DNA from: Antedon mediterranea
Lineage: Eukaryota > Animalia > Echinodermata
DNA: 64,000 bases
Assembly (NCBI RefSeq): GCF_964355755.1
Contig: NC_092670.1
Coordinates: forward strand, 25,716,795-25,780,794
Direction of reading: 5' to 3'
Shown here: positions 40,745 to 53,328 of the stretch, in pieces
How the letters are laid out: every line of letters starts with the position of its first letter
Position numbering within the stretch: the stretch's first letter is position 1
Position numbers and translations under genes: made by a program
The notes under the pieces: generated by a model
The model's database searches: none
What the model was told of the DNA's origin: nothing
Seen by the model: only the letters and a program-made list of their open reading frames with translations

Positions 40745-42060
40745 AAATCCAAAGGCAAAATACTGAAAAAATGACAATGCTGTGGGTATCAGTAGCTAGA
40801 TCTCAATGGTGATATAAAAAAAAGCGAAAAGCTAAATCAAAACAAAAGTAAAACAGCCAGAAATGTTAGTAGAGCTTTCGGGCAACACTAGCCCTTCATC
40901 AGTGCAAGTGAAGATACTTGGACAAGATAGATAGATATTGTCAGGCAAGCACTGCATGAGTGGACAGGAATAAAAGAAATAAAACAAAAGAGGCATAAGC
41001 CTGGTGAGTAGAGGGTGGAGATAGTATAGTAGAAAACAAAGAAGATAGTTTGACATAAACATTTTTGGAATAAAACTAAAAAAAAACAGCTTAAATGGTG
41101 GTTAATATTGAAACTTTTAAAAATGTTGGTAGTCAATGGAGTAATTTTACCGATCTGGGAGTATGTTCCTAATGTTAAGTCCAAAAGGTTTTGTGGATTT
41201 AAGTAGTAATTCCCAGTGGTTTTCTTTGTCTTGCGAGTTTTGGCACTCCATTTGACATCGTGGTCTATTGCAATAACTCTGAAATTTGCAATCGAGTGAC
41301 CAGCTGAATTAAAATGTTCGGCTACAGGTTGATCAAGCTTTAATGTTTTGATATCTGATCAGTGTCATTCTCATACGGAGCAAGTTTTTTTGTTTCCCCG
41401 ACGTACTGTTTAACACAAATATTACAGTATATGAGATGATGTTTTTCAGTTTGGTTTCTCTTAAATTTTTCAGTAGAGTCAACCAATGAACAAGTCAAAG
41501 GTGACTGCCCAAATTGTGGCTGTCATGAGAGTTAATTTCATTAATTTAAAATCATCATCACCAGGATTGCCTGCTTTGTGGATTTTAGGTAAGAAGTAAA
41601 AATCTGCCTGGAACTGGATTAACCTGTGCCAAATGAGGTCCAATCTTATGATCGATAGTGTTTTTTTACCATCACAGAAACAGACCTTATCCACAATTTC
41701 CAGGGTGGGATCTGTTGTAAGTTTACGATAATGAAGAGGATTGTTTAGCCGTCTTAAGGACTCCTCTTCGTAAAATTTGCGACAGTGGCAGAACCTTTAT
41801 CAGCGGGCTTAATGATGATATCATTACGCTGATGCAATTTGGCAATGACCTGCCTCTCTTGTTTTTCAAGAGATTGTCACGTTGGTCTGGACCATGGGAT
41901 GTAGTTTTGTATATTTTCCTCAATAGCTTGAATAAATGATTTTAAAGCTGGACAACAATTTTCAGGTTGATTCCAGGAACTTTTTGGTTTAAATTTATTA
42001 ACGTTGCCCTCGTTTTGCGTGGTGTTGCTGTCTGAATCAGCAAAAAATGTATTCATGTAA
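40745..42060 (-). mobile_element. Second Penelope-like copy, internally deleted, intronic
   Basis: RT N-terminal motifs IIIKPADKGSATV and FYFLPKIHKAGNPG joined to a decayed GIY-YIG and 3' region homologous to 17680-18440; (TA)n at both ends. Confidence 0.9.
40869..40905 (-). ncRNA. Minimal hammerhead ribozyme
   Basis: GCA CTGATGA A GGGC TAGTGTT GCCC GAAA GC TC TAC. Confidence 0.78.
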
Positions 42061-42422
42061 TCATATATATATAGCATTAAAGACAATCTAAATTACAAAA
42101 TAAAGCTAATGAATCAACAGGAACATTCAAATGTAATAGAAATAGATGTTCGACGTTTTACGTTTCATGTTCAAACAAAATAGTAGGACCTTCTGGTAAT
42201 CATTATTACAATTAATAATAATAATAGTAATTATTACAGATCATAGTACATGCACAACTAGAAATCTAGTTTATTGTATCTCGTATACTAAATGTAATAT
42301 ATATATAACACCTTGACATTTTTTACAATATAAATGGTGTATGTATGGTATGTTTCAAAATGTTTTTATTTTCAATTTTGATTTTATCGATAATAAGCCC
42401 TATGTTTTTTAATGAAATTTAC

Positions 42423-42998
42423 CTTTCTTTCCCATGTTTTTGGTGGACCTTCTTTCTCCCACTTTTTAAGCTCTGGTGTCCAAGCCAGTGGGTTACCTGC
42501 ACCAATTTGACTTCTATTAGTAAATTGAATGGGTTGTCCATTTTGTTCCGTTAATTTCATTGCCATTCGAAAACCACCAAGTACAACTTGTAAACTTTCA
42601 GTAATGTAAACGCAATCTGGTTTGATGTCTCTATGTGCAATATCATGATCTTGGAGATGTGACAGGGCTTTTAAAATCTGCAGAAGCACCTGTTGAAAGA
42701 ATGTCTCGCAAAGTGCAAATGCTATGGAAGGATTCTGGTTCTGGACTTTCATTAGCTTGCACAATGTCATAAGATATTCAGGCATTAATGCCATCGTTGC
42801 TCTCTGATCTCTCAAATTACTGAGGTTTGGATCAAGATATCGTAGAGGCAATTCAAAGTAGTGAAGTACAGTAACAAGATTTGAATGTGCAGGAACATTT
42901 AAAAGCACTTCTCGTTCATTCTTTACTGCATTGAAAGAGTTTTTAGAACCATTACCAAGAAAATTTATATTTGGTATATCTGGCTGGATTGGCATTAC
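42423..42998 (-). CDS. Ankyrin/PINK1-like gene exon (kinase subdomains II-VIII)
   Basis: HSNLVTVLHYF, LLQILKALSHLQDHDIAHRDIKPDCVYI, VLGGFRMA, GAGNPLAWTPE; 576 nt, phase 0-0. Confidence 0.92.
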
Positions 42999-43210
42999 CT
43001 AGAAAAAAAAATTTATATGAGCAACAACAAAAAAAGCAGGAAAGAAAATCTCTGCAATTAAATATAATTAAGATGCATTTTGTAGAATGTAAGTAACAAC
43101 TTGTGTACCTACAGAAAGAAATTGGTACTTTACTATTAAATGATTTTGCACAGCAACAATAAATCAATTAAATCAATGAATGGTATTACTAAAATATAGA
43201 CTATACAAAC

Positions 43211-44123
43211 CTTCATTATATATTTTTTATCCTGATGAAGAATTTCAAATGCTACAGATATATGTCGAGTTAAAAGATAATTGACTGTTTTGGTAAATTG
43301 TGATTTCTGTACAAGTTTATACTGATGACCCATATTCCAAACCTGTCCTGGTCTGTCTAATCGGCAAGTGCGCCATTTTTTAAAGTTACACTTAACATTA
43401 TTCAAATGATCTAATAGTTTCTTTTGATTTTGCTGTAGAGTCACAGAAGATATATCTGCCAATGTGTTGCTCATTATTGGGAATAAACTAGTGTCCCTTT
43501 CATTAAACATTTTTCCAATTTCAGAAATTGCTTTAATAAGCTGTAATCCAAAGTCTGGATGTTTTATTGCACTGGCTATGTTTCGTGGAGTTCGTGCATG
43601 ATCAAAAGTAACACCTGACAGATTGTTCATAGGTGTTTGCATACTTGCCCTTTGACCTGAGATAGCATTTTCAAGTTGCTTATTTCTTTGTTCAAGATTA
43701 CATAAAGCTTGTTTTGTTAGAGCAAGCTCACTTTTCACACGTTGTATCGAGCTGTCCTCTATACTTGCAGTTGATAATGAACTATCTTCAAAATATCTTT
43801 TTTCTGCAACCTTTTCAATCTTAGATTTGAGGGCATCTTTCTCAGATTCTGCCATAGCTAACTTTAATTGAAGATCATCAATGATTCCTTTTGCATCCTG
43901 ACTTGCTAGTTGCATTGCATACACATAATTTCCAGGTGAACCGCCCTCTTTTGGTTTATATAAGTTTGATTTTTCTGATGGAGAGGGGGGTGCTGAAAAT
44001 GTCTTGTGAACTGGTTGATTTCTTGAAGATATTGTGGGAAAAATATCCCTGGTGTCTCCAAATACAGGATCTGTTCTCGTTGGGACATCGCCCACACTCA
44101 CTCCATACCGCTTTTTATCGGGC
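43211..44123 (-). CDS. Ankyrin/PINK1-like gene exon (linker, coiled coil, start of the kinase N-lobe)
   Basis: 913-nt open exon, phase 2-0, heptad-rich LQLKLAMAESEKDALKSKIEK, ends KYIMK|GT. Confidence 0.9.
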
Positions 44124-44866
44124 CTAACAAATACAAACATTTCAAAATTATTATGGTTGATGAATATAATGAAAGTACAAGCAAAAAATTATCATTATTT
44201 GACCATAAGAATTTTATGTTTTGTACAGCTGCAGGATGCAAACTGATAAAATAAATTGTTACAAATAAATACAAAAATATATAGGTCACAACACAATAGA
44301 CTCATTGTGCTATTAGTTAATAGACACTACAGACACTGGAAATTTTTTTTTCCGATACTGTTGAACCTCCGTGAACGGCCACCTTCCGTAAACGGCCACC
44401 TCGCGTAAACAACCACCTCCCTTAACAGCCGCACTTTCAAAAGCCTTCTTTCTATCTAATTAGTGCATTTTGTAACTTCCATAAGCGGCCACCTCCCGTA
44501 AATGGGCGCGGCCACCTCCCGTAAATGGGTGCGGCCACCTCCCTAAAAATTAGATTTTTTGTATGGTAAATATGATATGTTGATATAGCTTTTCTTTTCC
44601 ATAGCACATATGCCAGTGTTTAGATTCTGTTTTTATTTCATTTTTCCCACTCTATAGTATGCAACAAGCCCTCCCACTCTATAGTATGCAACAAGCCCTC
44701 CCTCTATAGTATGCAACAAGCCCTTTTTGGCCTTCACGTCAGATTTCACTTTTTTTTTTGCTTCTATACAGTATCTTCTGAAATCTATGATCTTCATCAA
44801 CAAACATCATATTTGCTAGTTTATTCAGAAAGAATTTCCAACATTAACTACAGTATTTGAGCTTAC

Positions 44867-44969
44867 ATGATATTATACTTTTTCAATTCCTGATCACTAC
44901 TGGAATACCCATTTGAAGGTTGTCTTTTCATATTTGGTTGGTACCGAGGATAAGATGCAGGCAGTCGGC
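44867..44969 (-). CDS. Ankyrin/PINK1-like gene exon (linker)
   Basis: ttttAG / GTAAGC, phase 1-2, RLPASYPRYQPNMKRQPSNGYSSSDQELKKYNI. Confidence 0.8.
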
Positions 44970-45064
44970 CTAAAACAAATATAATAATACAATACAATTA
45001 TAACAATGAAAATACATATTGCATTTATATGATTTGTTAGCAAACATGACAAATTAGTACAGAC

Positions 45065-45270
45065 CTTTGGATTTTTCTTCAAGCATTTTAGCAAGTTCAA
45101 AGTGTTGTCCTGCCTGAGCCTCCTGCTTGGCATTCTTGCCTCCTTTATTTGGAATGGTAAGGTCGACATCAAAATCTAAGAGAATTAGACATGCTCTCTC
45201 ATGGCCCCTGAATGCAGCAAGGTGAAGAGGAGTATCTCCATTTTGATTTTGGATATTTGGATTAGCATTG
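45065..45270 (-). CDS. Ankyrin-repeat exon 3
   Basis: NANPNIQNQNGDTPLHLAAFRGHERACLILLDFDVDLTIPNKGGKNA; phase 2-1. Confidence 0.92.
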
Positions 45271-45452
45271 CTACAAATAGAAAACAGAATGGCATTATAA
45301 AATCTACAATATTCATATTAGAATTATTAGAGTAAGTTTTGTGTATCAGAGATTTCAGTTCCTAAAAGCTACTTCACCATTGTTACAGTTACAGTAGTTC
45401 AATTACCATAATACTACTCTGAAAAGTTTGAACATAATAAACTGTGTCTTAC

Positions 45453-45587
45453 TGCTCAAGAAGTAACTTCATGCATTTTGTGTGTCCCCTGTCAGCTGCT
45501 GCGTGCAGTGCAGTTGACCCCCAGTTGACAGTTTGATTAACATTCGCTGCATACTCAAGAAGTATAGATACAACTGAAGAGTGACCA
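45453..45587 (-). CDS. Ankyrin-repeat exon 2
   Basis: GHSSVVSILLEYAANVNQTVNWGSTALHAAADRGHTKCMKLLLE; AG/GTAAG, phase 2-2. Confidence 0.92.
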
Positions 45588-47536
45588 CTAAAAAATGTAT
45601 AACAACTTAAATTAGGGTTTGATGTTAAAATTATTGTTAAAGAAAAAGAAACTAAGGTTTAGAGAATCATGTACACCTTTCACATCAAACTTCGTAGTGA
45701 TACGCTGGAAGAATCCAAGAGAATATCTGAGGTCGAACAACGAGAAACCCTGGGGGGAGACCCAACTCACATCGACCTAGTAACCCAGAGTAGTAAAGTA
45801 AAGTAAATACCGCTATTCTGTGTTTACATTGCAACAATCATTTGAATATTTCATTCAACACTAGCGGTTACACATGCTCCGCACAGTCTTTTTCTGCTTT
45901 AATACTGTATGTGGTTATATACTAATTCACATGGGAGGAGTAAGTACAATAAAAGCGCACTCTTCCCTGATAAAAGTACTTTGACAAATTAAAAAAAAAA
46001 ACAATTTTATCAAAAATAAAATTCAGAACTATTTACGGCCATTGATTTTGTTATACACAAAGTATTTCTTCACTTTGAAATATGTAAGAAATGAAAGCAA
46101 TACTGGACGCAATGTCCCCGAAACCACCGGTAGGTGGCACTGTACACGACTAAAGTTTTCATGGGACACACTTAATACTTTTGTAGAGAGAAATCAGGTA
46201 ATGACCTAAAATGATACGTATGTTGTAGCCAACATTTTGACATTGTATCACATGGTTTTAAGAGGGTTGGGAACGCTGAAAACATACAAAACAGTATCTG
46301 AGCCAAAAAGTACCTGTGACGTCACAAAGAACGTCATCTTCGGCATGTCTTCGGAAGCAACGTCTTCGGAAGCAACGTCTTCGGAAGCAACGTCTTCGGA
46401 AGCATTGGGATGTTTGAAAATATCACCCAAACAAAGTTCTAAATGATCATGCTGATTGGTCAGTTAAAATGCTTACGTATATATTTTATTCATTCATATA
46501 CAAAATAAAATCCGATTGAATCGACGAGCTGGATGGCTCAGTGAGCTTATATTTAGGGTATTGCCCAAGGCGTTGCAATAATTCTCTACTGGATAATCTT
46601 TCAAAATATTTTTTTAGTTTAAGAGAGATTATTAAAAGGGTTAGGTTTGAGGACAAGTTTTATTACTTATGTTTTTATAAAGAAAAGTTTATAGTTGATA
46701 AAACTAAGCCGTCAGACAGATAGATGCACTATTAGACTAAACAACGATGCCACATCCAATGTGAGTACAGACACAAAATCACAAAATCATAAATATTTTT
46801 TTTTTTTTGATAATTTGTCAGGGGCCGGGAAGAGTGCTACTTAGTCATTCTATGCGAATTACTATTATGGCAAACAAGACCGTGCGGAGCACAGGTTACT
46901 GCTAGACCACAATTTAATTTTAAAATAGCAAATAGGTAAAACTATCATATTATAACTATAAAAATAAAAATGAACACATACAAACAAAATGACTCCAAAT
47001 GGTTTGATTGTTAAACATGAAAACAATTTTTTTAAAGTTGTTTTCATGTTTAACAATCAAACCATTTGGAAATTAAAATTTCGTGTTTCCACAGCAATGT
47101 GTTTTTCATTCGATTTATGTCCATTTTTTATTTATCTACAGTATATGTATCAAATAATTAATACACCAACACAAATACCAAAAAAAATATAGTTTGGCTA
47201 TTTATACTTTCGAAAAGTGTTTACAAACATCATCTGATTTACACAGCACAATTTTTAGTCGCGACTGAACAGCTCACTATGTCGGTCGGTTGGTAAACAC
47301 TAACTTAAATTTTAGCACGCGACTGCAGCCATTATGGCCTTGTTCTTTAGTGTTTTTTATTTTCGTAAAGTCTGAACAGTCAAAAGTTCCATATTCAATT
47401 TTTTTCTTGATACAAATTGTTTTTATTTTAAAAACTTGTCAAAGTACTTTTATCAGAGTGTGCTTTTATTATATTAAGGCATGAAAAGACCATGCAGAGC
47501 ATGGGTTACTGCTAGTCTAACTAAAAAAGGTAGTAC

Positions 47537-47667
47537 CTGCATGCTGCCCAGTAAAGAGCAGTGGCACCATCCTTTGAGTCGCAATGGTTCACATCAACTC
47601 CAAGTCCTAGTTGTTGTTTAACCTTCTCTAATAAACCATTCTTGGCACCAAATATCAGATCTGCCAT
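47537..47667 (-). CDS. First coding exon (ankyrin repeat)
   Basis: MADLIFGAKNGLLEKVKQQLGLGVDVNHCDSKDGATALYWAAC; an acceptor near 47722 implies a non-coding exon further upstream. Confidence 0.88.
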
Positions 47668-50464
47668 CCTGACATTGTTCACTCATCTCCAATATTCCCT
47701 CTAAAGATAACATTAGGTATACTGAAGAGAAAAGAAATTATAAAATATTAAAGTTAAGAATAATTCACAGTAAAACCACAATTTAGAGAAAACAACAGAA
47801 CAATATTACTTGGAAATATTTTTAACAATTTTGTGGATGATAAAAAAAACAGGAATAAACATTTTTATAACGAACAATACAATATGCTTATAACAATACA
47901 ATATGCTTATAACTACACGGCTGTTTGTTGCATTTCAGCAACAAATTATCGCAATGATATTTATGATTAAATACAAAATCTTTAAAAAATTGGACAATTT
48001 TGATAAAAAGGTATTACCACTTTTAACAGATGTTATTTTGCCTTGGAAATGACGTGCATAGAATGAAAAGTCATTTCTGAGGCAAAACAACGTAACTGGA
48101 ATATTCTGTGTTTTTCACGTGGTACTACAGTATCTCTAAAAATAAAGATCTTTGAAACCTGAAATGTTTACAGATTGTTCATAAATTTGCAATAATTCCC
48201 CAAATGTAAAAATCTCAAAAACATAAAATGCAAGTTACATGGTCTTGCCTTGGAATGGCTGCACAATACTATAATTATATATCAAGTACTACTAAATATA
48301 TTGTTGGAAAAGGAAATACAAAATCATTATACTATTTATTCAAAATATATTGTATGCAGACATGCTATATCCTGAACTTGAGGACAACCAGATTAAATAC
48401 TGAATTCATTTTGCAATTTAGTTATGTCCATTGTCCTTTACTTGCCAATAATGAATCCTTAAGAATTTAAACCAAAATCCTGAACTACACAAAAATATAT
48501 AATTGATTCACTCAATTTTCACCATTTTTATATTTTGTTTATTTTTGTTGAGTTCGGGTTATCCGCGCAAATGTAACATGCGCATACGTTAAGATATGAA
48601 CGGCAACAAATATTATGCCATCCTATGACATGAACTAAATATGTTTCCATGAGTGCTGAATTGTACCTATTTTGTGTCATAAAGCATAACAGTATTTACA
48701 GAATACACTGTACAGTATATGTAATATAGTGTAGCATAGATGAAATTACGAGACCCATCTTTTAATCCAATTTTTAACATGATGATGCCATCAAAATGTA
48801 ACATAAAGATAGCAATTTTGGAAGATAATTATCTAAATTAAATTAATGAAAATTTGAAGAATTTTGGTCAGGAAAAACGCGGTGAATTTTTAAAAAAGAG
48901 ATGAAAATCAAACTTTTTGAATTTAACTGGCCATATGATGACGTCATGACATCTGATAGACAAAATTTTTATATGAATTCATATCTGCAATCCAACAGCT
49001 TCCATAATAAATTTTAAAACCGAGGAGCTATAAAAGATTGAAATATACTGTATAGATGAAATTAAGCAAGTCACGTTATTCTAATTTTTTTATATTATAT
49101 GATGATGTAATAAATATACAAATTTTTGTAACACATGTGAAAGAAAATTGATTGAGAAAGAACATATTAAAATCTAGGGCGAAATAGTGATGAGCATAAG
49201 CGCAATGCACTCTATTAAATGGGACTAAAGCGAAAAAAATCCTATTAAAAAAATTTGAGTGGCCATATGGTGACGTCAAAACATCCAGTAGATATACATT
49301 TTAAATGCAATGATATCTACAACTCATCGGTTTCCATAAAAAAGATAAAAGAGGGGTCACCTTTGATCCTATAAGGAGCTACAATCGATTCAAATCAATT
49401 ATTTTGCAATAAAAATTTATAAAAAGTAATTAAATTGATCAGAGAAGGTATGAAGGTATGCATTTATGCTAAATTTGTGCTCTTAAATAACCTTAAATCA
49501 ATCAGTTTGGTATTGGTAAACTTTCATCACACAATTCAAATCACATCACATGCAAATATAGCGGTGTAACAGTTAGGTCTACACGCCAGAGTTTCGTTTC
49601 GTCTTTCTAACTCTCAATGTAATTTTAAAAAGTGTTGTCTGTAGGCCTACATTATTTAAAGCTCTATTTTCTATTACACAACACAAATTCTAAAAATACA
49701 TTGCAAGTCATGCAAGACCATATTTTTATTTTGTTCTGCTCATTATTAAGTATACTACTTTAACTAACTATTTTTATAAACTAAATAACTATCTATCTAT
49801 AACAATCTCGTTTTGTTTTACAACTCCCTGGTTGAAACCAACCATGCAGGGAACTTGATACCGGAAATTACTTCTACCGCGCGTAGAGTTAAAATTTACC
49901 GATTGAAATCATAACATTTCTTATAAACCCTTTATAATAATATCTTCCTAAGATAGAAATATGGAACAATATCGTAATAGTGGAAACTAATGTTATCAAA
50001 TCTACGTTTCACGGTACATCCGAGATAGATAAGGTACTGTACAGTAGGTATCCGAGGCGGAGATTAGTACCGAAGTTTTTCCATTGTGCTCGCTTATGTC
50101 AGAATTAACCATAATTTATATATAGATATGCAATTAATGATGATGTAATCCACTTTTTTTTCTCCTAATTTCATAATAAAAATCATAAATATAATACATA
50201 CACTTGAAAATGAAATGAAAAATTGGGTTCACCGAGCATTCTGACGATCTATATTTATTTTTTAAATTAAGTGTATATTCATAATTGTTTTAGCTTACAC
50301 GTGCATAGCCTGTCACTTTTGACGTGCTAGAATAATGTGAAAAGTGAATAAAATATGATAAAATTGCTAAAGAAAGGTTGTAAACATTTAATGCACAAAA
50401 ATTTAATTTCATCATAAATAAATGTTGACAATTTTGAAAATTTCAAGTGCGCATATGAATGTAT

Positions 50465-50945
50465 TATATTATACAGATATTGACTGCTTAGAGGTTAAAT
50501 ATAAGATTTGACATCCCCGAGGGAATGATATTATGTTCGAGGGAATATATATTTCCCAAAGCGCCAGCTTAGGGATATATAATTCCCCGAGAACATAATA
50601 TCATCCCGAGAGGATGTTAAATATTATATTTTATCGATATAAAAGGCAATATCTGTTATACATAGCCAACAACAAGTAGAATATCTGCTGGGTCGTCGGG
50701 TAGCTAGGCTAGGCCTCCTTTTTGTATTTTGAATGTAAACAAGCTGCCCAGACACTTTACCTTGCGAAGAATAATATACAGATAATTACTAATTAATGAT
50801 TCCTTGGCAATAAAATATTCACTAGCCTAGGTCGTTTAAATAATAACAGAAGAATTTCCATCACTAAGGCTACATTAATATTATCAGGTAGGCCGAATAA
50901 ATAATAATTTGTCTACTTCGAGCCGTTCCGAATCACCGGATGTTC
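50465..50945 (+). repeat. Dispersed repeat E, uninterrupted copy
   Basis: Matches 9150-11160 minus its insertions; internal inverted repeat GAGGGAATATATATTTCCC. Confidence 0.75.
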
Positions 50946-50955
50946 ACCGGTTACT

Positions 50956-51297
50956 GCTTGTATATATGCACTGATGAAGGGCTAGTGTTGCCCGAAATCT
51001 CTGTTAACTTTTCTGGCTGTTTCACTTTATTGTTTTAATTTAGTTTTTTGCTTTTTTTTTTCGTATCTCCATTGAGATCCAGCCACTGATACCCACAGCA
51101 GTGTAATTTTTTCAGTAATATATATTTATAAATCCAAAGGCAAATTACTGGAAAAATGACAATGCTGTGAAATAGCGAAAAGCTATTAAATCAAAACAAT
51201 AACGTAAAACAGCCAGAAAAGTTAACAGAGCTTTCGGGCAACACTAGCCCTTCATCAGTGCATATATATATATATATATATATATGTATACAAGCAG
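50956..51297. mobile_element. Tail-to-tail pair of Penelope pseudo-LTRs, each with a hammerhead (50968-51004 +, 51225-51261 -)
   Basis: Inverted repeat GCACTGATGAAGGGCTAGTGTTGCCCGAAA...; (TA)n outside and between the two copies. Confidence 0.9.
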
Positions 51298-51967
51298 CAG
51301 CTTTTAAAGTTAATTAATTAAATTATTAAAAAATTAAGATTAATAACAACCTTCTAATTAAAAATTACTTACCAATGGTAATGGTACAACTAGCTACAGT
51401 GTAAGTGGCAACTATGTACAGCACATATTAGTATGTAACTACCAGTGCAGTGTAAGTGGTAACTTCCAACAGTGTTGGATAACAGAATTTGATGTACCTT
51501 GTGTAAAGTCCACACTTGTCACTGTGTGCAACTCAGCTAATTTTCTGGCTATAAACTATACAATATTGCTTGTGCACAACAAACAATGCTGTTTGTATGG
51601 CCTGATAAAACTGCCATGTGTGGTTACATCTATTAAAAGTTGCAAACCTTTTACAGTATAAACATGAATACTGTGTTGAGTGTTTGCTATACAAAGACAT
51701 ACTTATAAGGAAATATACAACAAAGAATTCATAGCAAACACAACAAAAGACTAAACAGCAACAACCCAATAATGGGCATAGACAGTTTTGAATAAAAGGA
51801 AATACTACTTTCATTAACAGAAAATATTTTAGAAAATTCCACTTTCAATCACAACAAATTTGGTGATTGTTTGTCACTCGAAAGTATACAGGTGTGGCAA
51901 ACAGCACACTTTGTACATTTACAGTAGCACTTTTTGATTTCAAGTTCATTCAACACAGAACACTTAA

Positions 51968-52385
51968 AGACACCTTCCCTACAATTTGTGACGTTTTGTA
52001 AAAATAATACATATATATTACTTTAAAAACATTAAACCATTCCTTGTCTTAAATGTACGTTTTATGGTAAATTTTGCCAGACTCCGTTGATAAAAATTGG
52101 GGAAAACCCGGTATTTTCGCTGAAAAGTTAGGTTTCCATTTGTTTTAGCCTCACGATCGATCGAAAAGTGGATGAATTACCGAAGAAAAACAGAAATATC
52201 AATCCGCGCGCAATGCATTTTGGGATTTATAGCGGGCCGCTATAATTATTAGAATCAACTTATTTTTCACATTTTAACCATTTAAAGACGAAAAAAGTTA
52301 TCACAATAGGATCATATAGTATTATTTTTACATTAAATATAGTTTGTGATCTTAAATAGATCTAAAAAACGTAGGGAAGGTGTCT
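51968..52385. mobile_element. Kolobok-type MITE
   Basis: TTAA|AGACACCTTCCCTAC...GTAGGGAAGGTGTCT|CTAA. Confidence 0.8.
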
Positions 52386-52569
52386 CTAAATATCATAGAT
52401 CATAATATTAATAGCTTTTGATTTTTTTTAAATAGTAAATAAATTATTATATTTATCTCATGTTATATTGTTTTGGCCGTATTTTGCATTTTAAATTTTA
52501 CTTTTGCTGGAACTGTACGGTATTTTTTTTGCCATATTTTATTTTTTTAGTTTACTAGTGAAAGTATTA

Positions 52570-53328
52570 TACCCTTTTACACTGCCAAGCTTAGAACAAA
52601 CCTGTGTCATGTCCAGATAAATTTCCATTTCACACCTGATTCATTAAACCTGGAAATTACACTGGTTGCATGTATTTACACTGCAAAATACCCCAACCAG
52701 TGTCAATGTTCTAGATTCATCAAAACATCACCATCTCACGACGCATGAAGAGACACCCTTAAATGGTCTGCTTAAGAGACACCCTTAAATGGTCTGCTTA
52801 AGAGACACCCTTAAATGGTCTGCTTAAGAGACACCCTTAAATGGTCTGCTTAAGAGACACCCTTAAATGGTCTGCTTAAGAGACACCCTTAAATGGTCTG
52901 CTTAAGAGACACCCTTAAATGGTCTGCTTATTCCTAATTTTGTATTTATGGCTATACAAACAATTTGAGTCTACTCATGAAGACTAATATTTCTTTACAA
53001 AATGGATAACCAATAACCATACATTTTATTTATTAAATAAGCGAATAAACAACATCTTAAGTGTTATCTTAATTGTATAAATTAAATACTATAATGAGAG
53101 AGGATAACAACCAACCGGCGAAACATATGCAAGACTGTTTACACCACGGACAGGCAACTACACACAGGTTTGTCCCGGGTTGACTTTCTGCATTAATTAC
53201 CCAGGTGGTTCATCAACCCGGGTAACTTTTTACATCTACACTGACATACATTACCGTATTCGGGGTACAACTCGAGTTACACAATTCCAAATCAACTCCG
53301 CATAATTGATGGCAGTGTAAAAAGGGTA
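52570..53328. mobile_element. Harbinger-type MITE containing a minisatellite
   Basis: TACCCTTTTACACTGCCA...TGGCAGTGTAAAAAGGGTA with TTA/CTA flanks. Confidence 0.8.
52748..52929 (+). repeat. 7 perfect copies of a 26-bp unit
   Basis: (AAGAGACACCCTTAAATGGTCTGCTT)x7, no spacers. Confidence 0.97.

Noticed and set aside
42384-42995. Calling the kinase gene PINK1 itself
   Set aside because: It has ankyrins instead of a mitochondrial targeting/TM N-terminus and lacks DFG and the catalytic Asn.
46345-46405. SEATS/EDVAS peptide repeats
   Set aside because: A 15-bp intronic tandem repeat without splice support.
52748-52929. CRISPR-like 26-bp direct repeats
   Set aside because: No spacers, no cas genes, eukaryotic context; it is a minisatellite.
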